Assembly: GCF_009914755.1 (NCBI RefSeq)
Contig: NC_060930.1
Direction: 5' to 3' (one strand)
Length of the DNA stretch: 64,000 nt
Source of the DNA: the human T2T-CHM13v2.0 reference genome, Homo sapiens
Part shown: positions 15,777-29,600 of the stretch, one piece after another
Numbering within the stretch: the stretch's first letter is position 1
Layout of the letters: every line of letters begins with the position of its first letter
Position numbers and translations under genes: made by a program
The notes under the pieces: generated by a model
Database searches by the model: none
Told to the model about the DNA's origin: nothing
Seen by the model: only the letters and a program-made list of their open reading frames with translations

Positions 15777-17700
15777 TATACATGGAATAATTTTATAGCC
15801 ATCAAAAATCCCCAGTGCTTCACCTTTTTAACCCTCCTTCATCTCCAAACCCCTGGCAACCACAAGCTTTGCCATCTCTATAGTTTTACCTTTTCCAGAA
15901 TGTCACATAAGTGGAATAATACAGTATGCAGGCTTCTCGGACTGTCTTCTTTCACTTAGCAACATGCACTTAAGATGGATGCATCAATGTTGTTGTGTAG
16001 AGTTACTAATTGTTCTTTTGGATTTATCCTTTATTTTACCTAATTCTTTTATGATTTCAGTTTTTACAATTAACTCTTTAGTCAATTTGGTATTTATTTT
16101 GGTGTATGGTTTGGAATAGAGATCTAACTTTCCCTCCAAATAGTTAACAAATTTTGTATATTTATTGGAAGGATTCTTTTCATTGAATTTGAGTTGAAAT
16201 ACCCTAACATAACTAAGTTGATGTGCATGGGATGGTCTGTTTCTCAGCTTTCTAAGGCTCAATTTTTCTGTTATTTAATTCTTATGCCACTCCCAAAGTA
16301 TTTAAAATATTGTAGTTTTATTATATAATTTAATATTATATTATATATTTAAATATTAAACTAAAATATTAAATTATATAATGACCTCTTTATTCTTCTT
16401 CATTAAAATTCTTTATATTTTTCCTCAAGTCTTTCTTTTGAATGAGTTTTAGATTTGTTTTCTTTATTATGAAAACCACATTGCAATTCAGAACAGAACT
16501 AAGTTTACAAGCTAAATTAAGGAAGAATTCATATCTTTACAATATTGTGTCTTTCTTTACCTAATCATGATATACCTCTTCATGAATTTGAATGAAGTTT
16601 TTTAATTGTTCAGTTTTCTTCATTTGAAACTTGCATATATTTTATTAAGTTTATTTATTTCTAGATACTTGCATATTTTTCGGCATTGTGAATTTTCGAT
16701 GTATGCTGTACATTTTCAATTACATTTTCTAAAAAGTTAATTTCTTATATGTGGGGGAGCAATTAATAGTTACATTCTAACACATAGTATGACCTTTTAT
16801 TAGATTTTAAGTTGTCTTTCATAGACAATTATATCATATTCAAATAATGATGCATTGATAGCTCCTTTCTTAATTGTATATTCCTTTCTTTTACTTATTC
16901 TGTTGGTTGGAACTTTCAGATGAGTGGAACTAGTAGATTATTTTGTCTTTCTTCCTACTTTTAATAAAAATGCCTGTAATGTTTAATTGAAAGAACATAT
17001 TTTAAAGGCAACACAGATTTTTCTTATTCAAAGAGATTCTAAGAGCATACTTGATTTGATTTTGCAAATGGAATAATTATCAATTAATTTATCTCTTATA
17101 AAACAAATCATCCCTGTACTTATTGTTTACTTTAGGAAAAACATACCAGTATCTGCTTTTTTTAAAACCAGTTCTATCAATATATAACTAGAATATCTTC
17201 TTATTGCTAACAACAGGAGCACTGGGATTAAATCTATTTGAGGTACAGCATTGAAACTGAACACAGCACTTTAATTTCCCAGTTACTTACTTTTCTAGCT
17301 GTACTCCACCATCCATGTTGCAGTACATTTTGACAGAAGTCTGTTTGTCTACCTATGCTGACAAAACGTACCATTTTGGCTATGAATATATTGGAATTTA
17401 AGCTTTTGTTAATTTACATAAACTTAATTTCTTAAACTTAACACTTTATGATTAAGTTTAAGATATAATGGCACACAAGTCTGTGTCCATTCTGATTGGT
17501 TAAATATTTCTTCTTATTGATTGTTGACTATACTATACCAGTAATAAATATATTTATATGACCATAAACATTTTGGCTATTGTAAGATAATTAATCCTTT
17601 ATTTAAAAAAATATTTTCATTCTCTAGTGCCATGCAACATCGCATTCCTAGTTAATGGAACATGAAATCAATTTCAGAATTTTGATATACTAGAGGGATA

Positions 17701-17843
17701 TATCTCTCTCTTTCTCTGTCTGTCTCTATCTCTGTGTGTGTGTGTGTGTGTGATATATATATATGCTATATATATAGATATATGATATATATAGATATAT
17801 ATGATATATATGATATATATAGATATAGATATAGATATATATG
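17701..17843. repeat. Compound (CT)n/(TG)n/(GATATA)n-type microsatellite
   Basis: Direct reading. Confidence 0.9.
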
Positions 17844-20052
17844 CTAAAACTTGTTCTTAGTCAATATATCAATCAATATCTACTGAGTTTCCAGTATCAT
17901 TCAGGTCATTAAGTGCTATCGAATAGATAAGAGTTGTATAAACCCTTTGGTGGGCAGACGTTTCTGGTCCAGAATTCTGGATAGGGAAGGGACAGGCCTC
18001 TAGTATTTTGTACAATTTAAATATAAGAACATTATCTTCCTTTTCCTTTTCCCCCCAAACTCAGCATTTCCTTTTATCAGGAAGATGTTTCTGTTTTCCA
18101 ATGTGGAGTCCTGGCAGTTAAGGTTACCTTGCCTTTGCAGTTTACATTGGTGATGGCTCAGAAGACCGCCCAGGTTCAACGAGTGACAAATCATTACTGA
18201 CTGTACAATGTAATTAAACAACACAAGCATTGATTAGCGATGAGCTAAACCTGAGACCAAAAAGTGGGAGACCCAGAGTAGCTGGCACCATTTCTCATTG
18301 GATCTGTCTGAAATGGAAGATGTTTGCCCCTGCAGGCATGGCGCGAGGCCCATTGTGCATTTCCATTAGAGACCCACACTGGATCTGAGCATGCCATTGA
18401 TGTTGGCCTATTTATGAAAGGCTGTTGAAAGAGGTTTCAGAGCTAATTGAAAAGAGATGTTTCTGAACTACAATCACTTCAAACAACATAGCTCCAAAAT
18501 CTGTTTCAATAGTTGGAAAACTGGTGCGTTTCCATAATTTACACATGAAATTAAACAAATGATTTGGAATGAAAGCTTCATGGCATTTAGTAAGACTTAG
18601 TTCTTTAAAAAAATTATTAATTGAACAGTTGGCTGAGTTTATTATAACAGTCCTTCCCCACATCTATCTGTGCTTCCATTATTTAGTCTATTCCTGTTTT
18701 CAGGGATGTCAATTGCAGTTGCCTAAATCTACCTTGTCTGGAGACAAGGAATTTAGCCTGAACAAGATGCTGTCAACTACTGTTCAGTTGCACATTTTTA
18801 TCTTCTAGGAAAAAGAAATCTCTCACAATCTACTTTGCAAAAAAAAAAAGTAATAATAACAACATCTTACAGAAGCTTCCACAAGATTTTCTCAAGGTAG
18901 AACTTAATAGAAAAACTCTAGGGCGAGCTGCACCTCGACCACACTGAAAATTGAGTGTATTTATGTGAACAGAATGCAAACATAATTATTAAAAAATGTT
19001 CTCCCCCAGGCAGTTTTCAATCAAGATCTGAAAGCATTAGCAAACATTGATTTCTTCCATAACACTTGTACTTATTATTGGACCTGATTTTTGTCTATTC
19101 TTAAAGCAGACATTGAGGTCTGATAACTGAAGCCGGTGTGGCCAAGTTTACAAGTTACCCATTGCCTCCAGGGGTAGGAAAGTAGGGATTGATGTATAGC
19201 TATTCCTCAAAGCAAAGGGGGAGTCAGGTTCATTGCTATTATCTCAATTATCATAATTACTCTGTCCTTAATGTTTTAACAACTTTTTTTTTTTTTTGAG
19301 TTAGGAAGACTGGTGTCAAGCAATTTACCTGGTTAGGCATGTAGTTGGTGCTAAACCAGAAATGAGATACAGTTTATCACCAGTCTCTTATTCTGGTGTG
19401 GTTTAAAGCAAACAATCAGGTTTTAAAAGTTTAACCACCAAGGGGAATACCAAGTCCCAGTTTCTATGACTGATTGAGAAGGGTGTTTAAGGCTTAATTG
19501 TCATAACATCAATTAGATTTTACCACAACGGAGATAATTTGATTCTTTGATTGAAGTAAATGAATTAAGATGGTAGCTGCAGTTACTTTGGGTATATCTC
19601 TGACTGAATTGTTTTAGCTTAGGAGAAACTTAGTGCCACTTTCTGTCTGACAACAGAAAATGTCCTCAAGTTATTTCTTATTCTGGTTCGAGCACTTAGT
19701 GGCTGTTTTATAATTACATAACCTTATCTGCTTCTTGAGGGCTACAGTGACTCTGAGAGATCCCAGGACATTCATAAGAGCTGGGACAGACGATAGGAAT
19801 GTGGGAAAAGGACTGAGGCAGTCTTGAAAATGATTTGCCTTAGACGCTAAGGCGAGGGTTCAAAATTGCTTGGGATGGTGTAGGAAACATAAAAGATTGC
19901 ATGATTCTGCCTCCTCCATGTAGACCTGGTAAAACTAACTTTTAAGCCTTCCTTTCAATAGATGATCATGAGCTACAGTGGTAGAGTTTTAGAGCCTCTG
20001 GCCTTAACTATTAATCCCTACCTCTATGGAAGCCTTTAACACATGTACTCTC

Positions 20053-20081
20053 TGTGTGTGTGTGTGGGGGGGGGGGGGGGG
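20053..20081. repeat. (TG)n followed by a G16 homopolymer
   Basis: G run at 20066-20081. Confidence 0.9.
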
Positions 20082-20457
20082 TTAAATTAAGACTCTTAGG
20101 TAACCCTAAGCTGCGTTTCATGTTTGATCCCAAGTGGATTTAATGGGGATATGCTAGAAGTCCAGAGCTTTAAGGGGGAGAAGCGATGAATATACCTAAC
20201 AGTGGTGGACAGTGAAAGACTGGGAACCAATGTGATCTGATTTGAAAGGCATCAGGTAGATCACAGGAAACATGGGAGTTTATATACAGTGATTGTTTAG
20301 AAATCGAAAAAACAGCAATATATTTTAATAGGTCCTAATTTTGGTATCTTCTTCTTAACTAAGCATTCATGGGAGAAGAAATGAAAAGGAGGAGAGAGCT
20401 GGTCAATTTAACATTGATCCAGTGCTTATGATGTGTAAAGTACTGCACTAACCTTAG

Positions 20458-20936
<479 letters not shown>

Positions 20937-22229
20937 AATAGCTTTCCTGTATGTTAAAGTAAAGTAAAGAAGAAAAAAAAAAGAGAGAGAGAGAGCGCAC
21001 AAGAGAGGAAAATAGAAAGTGAGTTTATAGGGTACAGACCCAAAACCAATATTTATATATAATCTGACTCTCTGGAAGTTACATGTTTTCCAAATGATTT
21101 CTCCATTATTTTCCATGGCTGCCTATGAGAGCTAAGCTTGTAAAGAGATGGAGTGGGTAAGCCATCTGACAAACCCAGAGCCAATTTACCAACATGGCTG
21201 AAATTATATTAGTAGGAAGGATCATATGCATGTGTGCATGCACATGGCTGAGCAATTGTGAAGCAGAGATTAAGGCAGAAGTTTCCTTTTAAATCATAAA
21301 TACAATCTGAGAATAGTATGCACTTAAGCAATCTCTGGACATCAGTATGAATCATTTTTATGGGTAACAGAGGACTTTTCAAAAGCAAATGGTAAGTCTA
21401 TTCATGGAGTTTAGTTTTGTATCTGTAATTCTTCAAAATGTTGTATTATTTCTAAGTGAGTAATACACTTATGTGGTCTAAGCAGAAAAAGTGTTATAAT
21501 CAATTATGCATGGAAAAGGTTTGTTCACAGAACAGTTCTTGTCCCCACTGCTTCCTCTAGATAATTACTTGCTTAAATTCTCCTATATACTTCTAATATA
21601 TAAAAGCAAACATGAATATCTATTCTTATGAGTCCGCTTTTTACACAAAGGTAGCATACAAGAGATATTTCTTTAATACCTTGCTTTTTTCTCCTAACAA
21701 TATATCCTGGATGTTTGGAGATCTTTTCATATCAACACAGAAAGTGGTCTTTCCTTTTATACAGCTGCATAGTATTCAATTACATTGTGTGATATACTAT
21801 AGTTTAATCCATCACTTCCCTATTTATGGGCACCGGGGTTGTTTCCAATTCTGCAAACAAATAACCCTGTACAAATGTCATTTTGTATGTGAGCAAGAGT
21901 TGCCATAAGATACATGACTAAAAATTAAGTTGCTGTAAGAAACAGTATTTATATTTGTAATTGATAGATATTGCCAAATTGTACTGCACAGCACTTGTAT
22001 CAATATAATAAATTCTATGGATAAACTTTGATTTTCTGTTTATAAATGTTGACTAATTCTTATGAGAGGAGATGGCATGTTGGCAAGCACAAGGGATTTC
22101 AAATCAGGGAATTGTGCTGGGTTACTGTAGCACTCTGGGCCTCATTAACCCAATCCATAATGAGAAAGAGTAGAGTGTAATCGTTTATAGGGTTTCTTCC
22201 TCCAAAAGCTTTTTAAAATAATAAGCTTT

Positions 22230-22496
22230 TTTGGGAGGCCAACGCAGGCAGATCACGAGGTCAGGAGTTTGAGACCAGCCTGACCAACGTGGTGAAACCT
22301 CGTCTCTACGAAAAATACAAAAATTAGCAGGGCGTGGTGGCAAGCGCCAGTAATCCCAGCTACTCAGGAATCTGAGGCAGGAGAATCATTTGAACTTAGA
22401 GGGTAGAGGTTGCAGTGAGCTGAGATTGTGCCACTGCACTCCAGCCTGGGTGACAGAGCGAGACTCCATGTCAAAAAAACAAAACAAAGCAAAACA
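22230..22496 (+). mobile_element. 5'-truncated Alu (AluSg-like)
   Basis: Starts at ttgggaggcc; TSD aaaataataagctttt at 22215-22230 and 22497-22512. Confidence 0.95.
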
Positions 22497-23671
22497 AAAA
22501 TAATAAGCTTTTATATTTCCTATAGTTATCAATACTGTGTACTTCATGTTTAACATTACCCCAATTCTGTGATCTTTTCCAATATTCAAAAGTAAAGCAA
22601 AACCTTTCAATAGCTGTTTCACCCAGAACAAGTTGTCTAAGAATGATAACTACTGTTAGTTACTTTGCTGAAATGAAATGAAACTTAGGTGCTACCTAGA
22701 GTAGACTTTGGCTGCTCGTTGGTTTGAACAGCTCTCAAGCATCACATTTCACTGCAGCTGCAGTGTGTGCTAGAGGCTTATGGCATGGTTAGCAGCTGGA
22801 CTAAGCTTCGTCAGGTAAATAGCTACATGACTGTGATGCGATCCATGTCAGGTGCTCCCAGCCCAGTGTTTCGACAGGCAGGCACTGTCAGCCAGCCATG
22901 AAGAGCCCGTCTGTTGCACATGCATTGTGGTGGGGTCTCCAGTAAGGATGCTAAAAGGCATCTAGTTGGCAAATGCAGGAGGAGGCTTCATAATATTAGG
23001 AGTAGGCTGGATCTTGCTGCGTGTTCTGGTTTGAAGTCTGCGTGGGTATGCATTATGGTTTTGGAGAGAAGGCAGCAAAAAGTCCAGTATTTTTTGGTAC
23101 TCTAAATTTTATATTTTGCCATCTTATTGCAAAACTTCAACCACCTAACATTTTCAGTAGGTTGATATCTGAATAAAAATATATTTGTTGTGGGCTATCC
23201 CATTATGTGTGTAAATATCCCAGTCTTTTTTTTTCCTGCCTCTGTAAGTTTTAGCAATAGAGAATAAAAATCTTTTGTGGCAAATAGAAAAAGGGAAGGG
23301 ATGCAGAGAGAATGCTGTTTGTTGAATGTCTACTTTCTGCCAAACTGAACTGGCTGCTTTACATGTAAGCAAAATTGGAAGCTAGGTTTTGTTTCCCCCT
23401 GGAATTAGCAAACTCTTTTTGCTGCCAAAGTTCATAGTAGGCTTTCAGAATCAGGAAATGAGGACCAAAATTGAACACTACACTAGGTGTATAGATTATT
23501 ATATGACAGGAAGAGAATATTATTGAGAAGCTGATCGTGTTTTAGATGTTGTATAGAACACTGTGAATGCAACAAAATTAATTGTCTCTGTGCAGATAAA
23601 TCCTGCCAGAACACTGAAGTTATCAAATCTCCATCTCTTCAAAGCCCCATACCTATGTTGCTCCTTATCAG

Positions 23672-23674
<3 letters not shown>

Positions 23675-23716
<42 letters not shown>
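23675..23716. repeat. (CA)n microsatellite
   Basis: Direct reading. Confidence 0.95.
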
Positions 23717-23717
<1 letters not shown>

Positions 23718-24258
23718 GAGATAATAGTTCCCCAGGAGTAAATATCTTGTCTTATTTTTCCTTTTTTATCTCACAGATAAAAATTGCAATTTGAAAAGAT
23801 AATTCTTCCCAACTGTCAGACCCCACTAGAATTTCTGCAGCTTGATGTTCTTTAAGGTAAACATGCCATATGCATTTACTGCAACCAACTCATCGTATTT
23901 ACATTTTGATTGTCGAACACTGTACAAATTGCACATAATTGCCTTCTGTATGGCTACAATCTTGCTATTTGAAACTTTTGAAAATCTTCCTCATCTGGAA
24001 TTTAGTAACAGATTAATCTTCCCATCAAATAAGGGGACAGGAAATTATCTTCTGCAGTTGTATCCTGTGAGGACACTACTAATTAGAAGCCATTTCCTGC
24101 TCTCTGACCACTTACTAGCAGCACTCCCTGGAGGTCCAAGAGATGTCACGTGATTTCATTCGAGCTGAAGTCCTTGGTGGTCAGTAGAACTTGTCTATGT
24201 GCGGTGTTTGGAGATGGTAGGAATCCAAATTATTTCCAGATTTGTGCTGTCTGTAGAG

Positions 24259-24462
24259 CAGGGTTTCTCAGCCTTGGCAATATTGATATTTTGGACCAGA
24301 AAATTCTTTGCTGTGGGACTGTCCCATGCAGTGTAGGATGTCTAGCAGCCTCCTTGGCCTCTACCCACTAGATGCCAGTAATGTTTTGACAACCATAAAT
24401 GTCTCCAGACATTGCTGAAGATCCCCTCGGGGACAAAAATCACTCCTGTTTGAGAACTACTG
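24259..24462 (-). mobile_element. MER20 (hAT-Charlie) MITE
   Basis: TIRs cagggtttctca / tgagaactactg, 8-bp TSD ctgtagag / atgtagag, internal match to recalled MER20 consensus. Confidence 0.9.
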
Positions 24463-24845
24463 ATGTAGAGAAATTGAAATTATATTAAGTATCCAAATGT
24501 GGGTGAGCTCACTGGCAATGTTAAAATGCAATCATTTGGATGAATTTCTTCCCTGTCTCTACACAAATGTCAGAAGGAAACTGGTTCACACATTAGCTTC
24601 TTTCCCCAAATTTCTCTCTGGTTTGGTGGAATCAGAACAGAGGTTTGACTTCTCTGATCCATTGTTTTTAACAGCAGTAGTTCTAGCTTTTATTTAGCAG
24701 TCTCCAGAGTCCAGGTCTAGTTTCTTTCCAAAAAATGAGGTTGGTGACCTCAGGACAGTAAGTGTAATTTCCTGGAATGACAGTGAAATTCATTTTGATA
24801 TTGATAAGAATTAGAAGTAACCTATTCTTTAGCTTCTGTCTTGGC

Positions 24846-25218
24846 TGTCTTGGTCTGTTTGGTTGCTATGACAAAATATCATAGATTGAAAGCTTATAAA
24901 CAACAGAAATTCGTTTCTCATAGTTCTAAAGTCTGGGAAGTCCAAGATCAAGATACCAGCAGATTTGGTATCCACTTTCTGCTTCATAGGACCCACTTTC
25001 TGCTTCATAGTATAGGGCCTTTTCACTGTGTCCTCACATAGTGGAAGAGACAAGTAAGCTCTCTGAAGCCCTTTATAAGGGCATTAATCCCATTCATGAG
25101 GGCACTAACCTTATTACCTAATCACCTCCTCAAAGGCACCACCTTCTAATACCATCACCTTGGGGGTTAGCATTTCAACATATGAATTTTAGGGGTACAC
25201 AAATATTCCAACTATAGT
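24846..25218 (-). mobile_element. MLT1A-like MaLR solo LTR
   Basis: tataaacaacagaaatt..tttctcatagttct..gggaagtccaagatcaag; ctaatcacctcc..aataccatcaccttggggg. Confidence 0.85.
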
Positions 25219-26348
25219 GGCTTCCATCATCATGCCTGAATGGGTTCAAAGAAAAATATAATCATTTATATCTATCTCTTAAACATATGTTTGCTATTTT
25301 GAATGATAGATTATTTTATAGTTGGGGGACAAAGGACACTTGGTCCTAATAATCTATTTGTAAGCTTCTTTAATCACACAGCCCACCATATATATACCTG
25401 ACAGTAATTTTAACCCTAATGGTGCTTATTTATTTATATAGCTACCTCTCACTTATAGATATCAATTTCTTAACAGTAGGAACAATGTCTGTTTTATGTT
25501 TGTCTTCATTATCTAGTACAGCAGTTGGAACATATGGGGCCAAAATCACTAAACTATATATTCCATGAGAAAGGAACTATATCTAGTTCACCATTGTTTC
25601 CACAGGACTTAGCATTTGCCTGGCAGATAATGGGCACTCAATGCATGTTTATGGAATAAATAAATGATTGGGAGCTACATTGGAAAACCGGAATTAAATT
25701 CTGGGTGCACAGCTTAAATGGATTTTGACTTCATAGTTCAAATGAATCCAAGTTAACTCAATTTTACTTGTTTCAGCTAGAGTTTGGGGGAAAAGTACTC
25801 TGCCTCCTTTTTTTGATTTGCTTTATTTATAGGCAACCCAAAAGAAAGATGTGGGAAGTCCAACTAAATGCTCACAAAAGCACTTGACATCTAATGAATA
25901 AGTGCAAATTGGTGTGACCACAGCTTTCTTCTCATGAACCCAGGTTCCTATATCTACTCCAGCTGAAAGAAATGAACACTTTCTTTCATTAGAGTCTCTT
26001 TTCCCCTACAGTTTGCTTTAAAAGGCAGGTTAGCATAGTGGGTTAAGAGAGCAGATTCTATAGTCAGACTGATCAAGTTCATATTACACTATTTATTGGA
26101 TGTGTGACCTTTCAAAAATTGCTTAACCTTGCTGTACTTTAATTTTCTTATCTAATAGATACACAAGTTTAAAAATGGTACCCACCTCATAAAGATATTA
26201 ATGGGATTACATGGATGAATGAGTAAGTTGCTTAAAACTCTTAAAGGGTATGCCATGTCAGATAGGACTTTATTTTTTAGATGGGGATCTCTATATATCT
26301 ATATTTCTCTGTCTATATTCATTTCAGTTAAAAAATTAGATTAATTCT

Positions 26349-26660
26349 TTTTTTTTTTTTTTTTTTGAGTCGGAGTCTTGTTCTGTCATCCAGGCTGGAG
26401 TTCAGTGGCGCAATCTCAGCTCACTGCAACCTCACCTCCTGGGTTCAATCGATTCTCCTGCCTCAGCATCCCTAGTAGCTGGGATTACAGGCATGCACCA
26501 CCATGCTAATTTTTAGGCGGCTAACATTTTTTGTATTTTTAGTAGAGACGGGGTTTCACCATGTTGGCCAGGCTGCTCTTAAACTCCTGACCTCAAGTGA
26601 TTCACCCGCCTCGGCCTCCCAAAGCGCTGGGATTACAGGCTTGAGCCGCTGCACCCAGCC
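26349..26660 (-). mobile_element. Alu (AluSx-like)
   Basis: Full Alu; perfect TSD tagattaattct at 26337-26348 and 26661-26672. Confidence 0.97.
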
Positions 26661-29600
26661 TAGATTAATTCTCATACTTCCCCAACTTTAAACATATTTG
26701 AATAAATGATAAAAAAGCAAAACTCCACTCCATTGAAATTCTTAGGAAAAGAATATCCAAATTGTCAGCTTTTGAAGGCAGGAAAGCCTCATGTCATTGC
26801 AGAGACATAGCTGGCCTTGTGGCTTTAGCAAAAATGAGATGCTAATGAAGGATGCAAAGGGAACAGCTGTAGGGGAAACAAAGGTATAATGCAGCAGAAA
26901 TTGAAGACTAGAGGCCTTCCATTTTGTAAATATTTGGATTGGTAGAAATTTGTTAATTGAAGCAATTGATTTTCACCTGAAAGTGGTAGCAATATCTAAT
27001 TCATTAAATCCTGAAATAACATCCTTTGGGCCAAATGGGGTCATTCCATTCTTAACCTCTTAGTGATATATTAACAGTCGGAAAGCATTTGGACGCATAT
27101 CTTAAAAAGTGCCTTATTAACAGGAATACATGGTGGAAAAAAAAATGCACAAACCCACATTTGCACTGAGACGGGAGAAATGCCTCCATGGCTTCCAGCC
27201 CCTGTCCTCCCCTTCAGTAGTATTTTAAAGTCTGTGTTTAATATTGCCAAGCCTACTTGAGTGATAAATGTAACTGTATAAAAATTACTTATTACAAGCT
27301 GTCATGTTGCCTCACTCACATCGGCTGGGCTGGAGGCACTGTACATAAAACTTGAATCTCTACCTTGACAGAGTCAGCCGCGCTGGCTTTAAAGTAAAAT
27401 GCTTTCAGTCATGAATACAAAACATAATTTACCTTTTCATAATACTTCAGTTTGAAACAAGTTGGAAAGCTCGTGTTACTGTCAGACCTGTACCTGAGCT
27501 GAGTAGGGAACCAGTGAATTCCAAGCTGTCACCTGAAACCTACTGCTGCTTCCCTGCAGTCCTTTGAAGCAAACTTAAGCTGTTAAATTATGGGGCCTCT
27601 AATTTTTAAAGTCGTATTTGTGTGTAATTCCTTTTTGCAACTTTGCAGTGACAACATGTTGTCAAGGTGGATTAGCTCATTTTCTAAATTGGTATTTGTA
27701 TTGGAATTCCTGATTGAATGAATTTTTCTCCTCTTGAAGCTCTTAGGCCCCTTCTAGCAACTATTCATTCAAGAGGTCAGGAAGCTTTCACTGATAGATG
27801 TATATTTTCAAAAAATGAAACCCTTAGCCATTTGCAAACACAGTCAAGTCTACCGTGAGTTCTCTCAAACCAGCAAAAGCTTTCAAACCAGTGGCCCAGT
27901 CAGCGAGTGAGTCATCACCAGTCAGGGACTTGTGGGTTAGTTTCGAACCTGTTTAATCGAGCCTCTGACTACAACCTGCGGATGTCAGCCGGATGGAAAT
28001 TGAATGTGAAGGTTCCAAGGAGCCTCTCCGCAGCACAGCTGATTCATTGTGACTGTTTTTATGGCTGGTCATGACGCATACAGTATGTGAGGATCCATCT
28101 GCGGGGGTGTCTGCCCACCAGCCTCTATGCCACGTCGGCAGACCTGGCCCCCACCAGAATGCAATGGGGATGGAGCTGCAGATGCCTCCTGTTAGCCCAA
28201 TTCCTTTTGACAATGTTCACATTCAGTTAGGGCCCAAAATGCTTGTACTTGTCAGTTGGGATAAATGATGAAGAAAATAGTTCCCCTGCGGAAAGTGAAA
28301 CAGAATGGCCAAAGGAGAGACTTTCCTGTACTGATCCTCCACGCTGTACTGCTAAAAACTCATCCTTATAAAACAGCTCCTGCGTTTCCCACTTCTCCTT
28401 CACTTTGCCAGATATGACTGTTGGAGAAAAGACGGCTGACCTGCAGGGGCGTTCAATATCGTGGGCTGTTCTCTTTTTGAAATTTTAGGGCAAGTGAAAT
28501 TGATTCTGAAAGAAAACTAGCGGGGCAGGGAAAGTATTTCTGCTTCCACAAAGACAACTCCCTCAGAAATGTTGGATTTTGATTTCATAGTTTGCCTATT
28601 TGTGTCTACATAACACCTTTCCCTAAGGAATTTAAAGCATTATACAAACACTACTTTTCATGTTTATAAAGGCCCCACTGGTAAATGTAATATTCTTTTT
28701 ACTAGCAGTTTGAAGATTTTCCAAAATGTAGCCCCAAGCTCTCGTGTCCAGCTCTTTTCCTAGGACCATGATTCCCCCTTCCCCCAGAGGTACTTGTCTT
28801 AGGCAGACGTACTCCATTCTTGACTTCATAGCTTTCCAGTGCCATCATTACACCCCAGCTTGCCAATTATTCACCTCCTCTTTCTTCTTCATTGCTGCCT
28901 TCTCTGATTGATGGAAACACATTTTCCTTTATCATACCAGGTTATGTAAGACACATAGTGTAAATCCTAAGTTAAAAAGGTAAAGTCTCTTCTCTCTGGG
29001 GTTTGCCTCGTGTTCCACATTCTCCCTCAGCTATAGGACCCTTGCAATGGACACCTGAAACAAAATGTCCTGCCATGTCGTGCCACATCGTATCTCATCA
29101 TGTCTCCATTTCAACACATATTTATTGATTGATAGAAATTTTGCCAGTGGACTTTTTCTCCTGCTGTATTATTTATTCTCTGTACATTAATATAGATTAT
29201 CCTGGGAATTATGTTATTCTAAATGTACAGGACTTTTAGATAGTGCCCATTTGAACTTAGAAGCATATAAACTGGTGCTGGGTCTAGACTATGTGTTTTT
29301 ATGTGGGATCTTGATGGGTCCTAATTGGATATGAGTGTGTGCTAAAGTAACGTTTGATGATTTTCAGATATTATTTTTAAAGTGTCTAAAGGTTAAACGG
29401 ACCCTTACTGGGTTCTGGGATAAAGCTCTAGTATGAGATGCCTTAGATCAGTGGTCATCAGATCTGTATTTCTTATGTCCCACTGAACACATGTGGAAGC
29501 AAATTTATTCATTTGTGCATTTATAAGTGTTGTATTAATTTCTAAATTTACGATGACATTGTAGTCATACTGTAGCTAATAATACTATTATTTTGGAGAT

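Larger units (their letters stand above)
13670..16000 (-). mobile_element. Old L1MC/L1MD-type 3' region hosting an Alu and an rRNA retrocopy
   Basis: tttacagaaaagttgcaaagatagtacagag... and aaccc ctggcaaccac...ttttccagaatgtca...cttctttcacttagc motifs typical of L1M 3' ends. Confidence 0.7.

Noticed and set aside
24972-25010. 18-bp direct duplication inside MLT1A
   Set aside because: Ordinary slippage in a neutral repeat.
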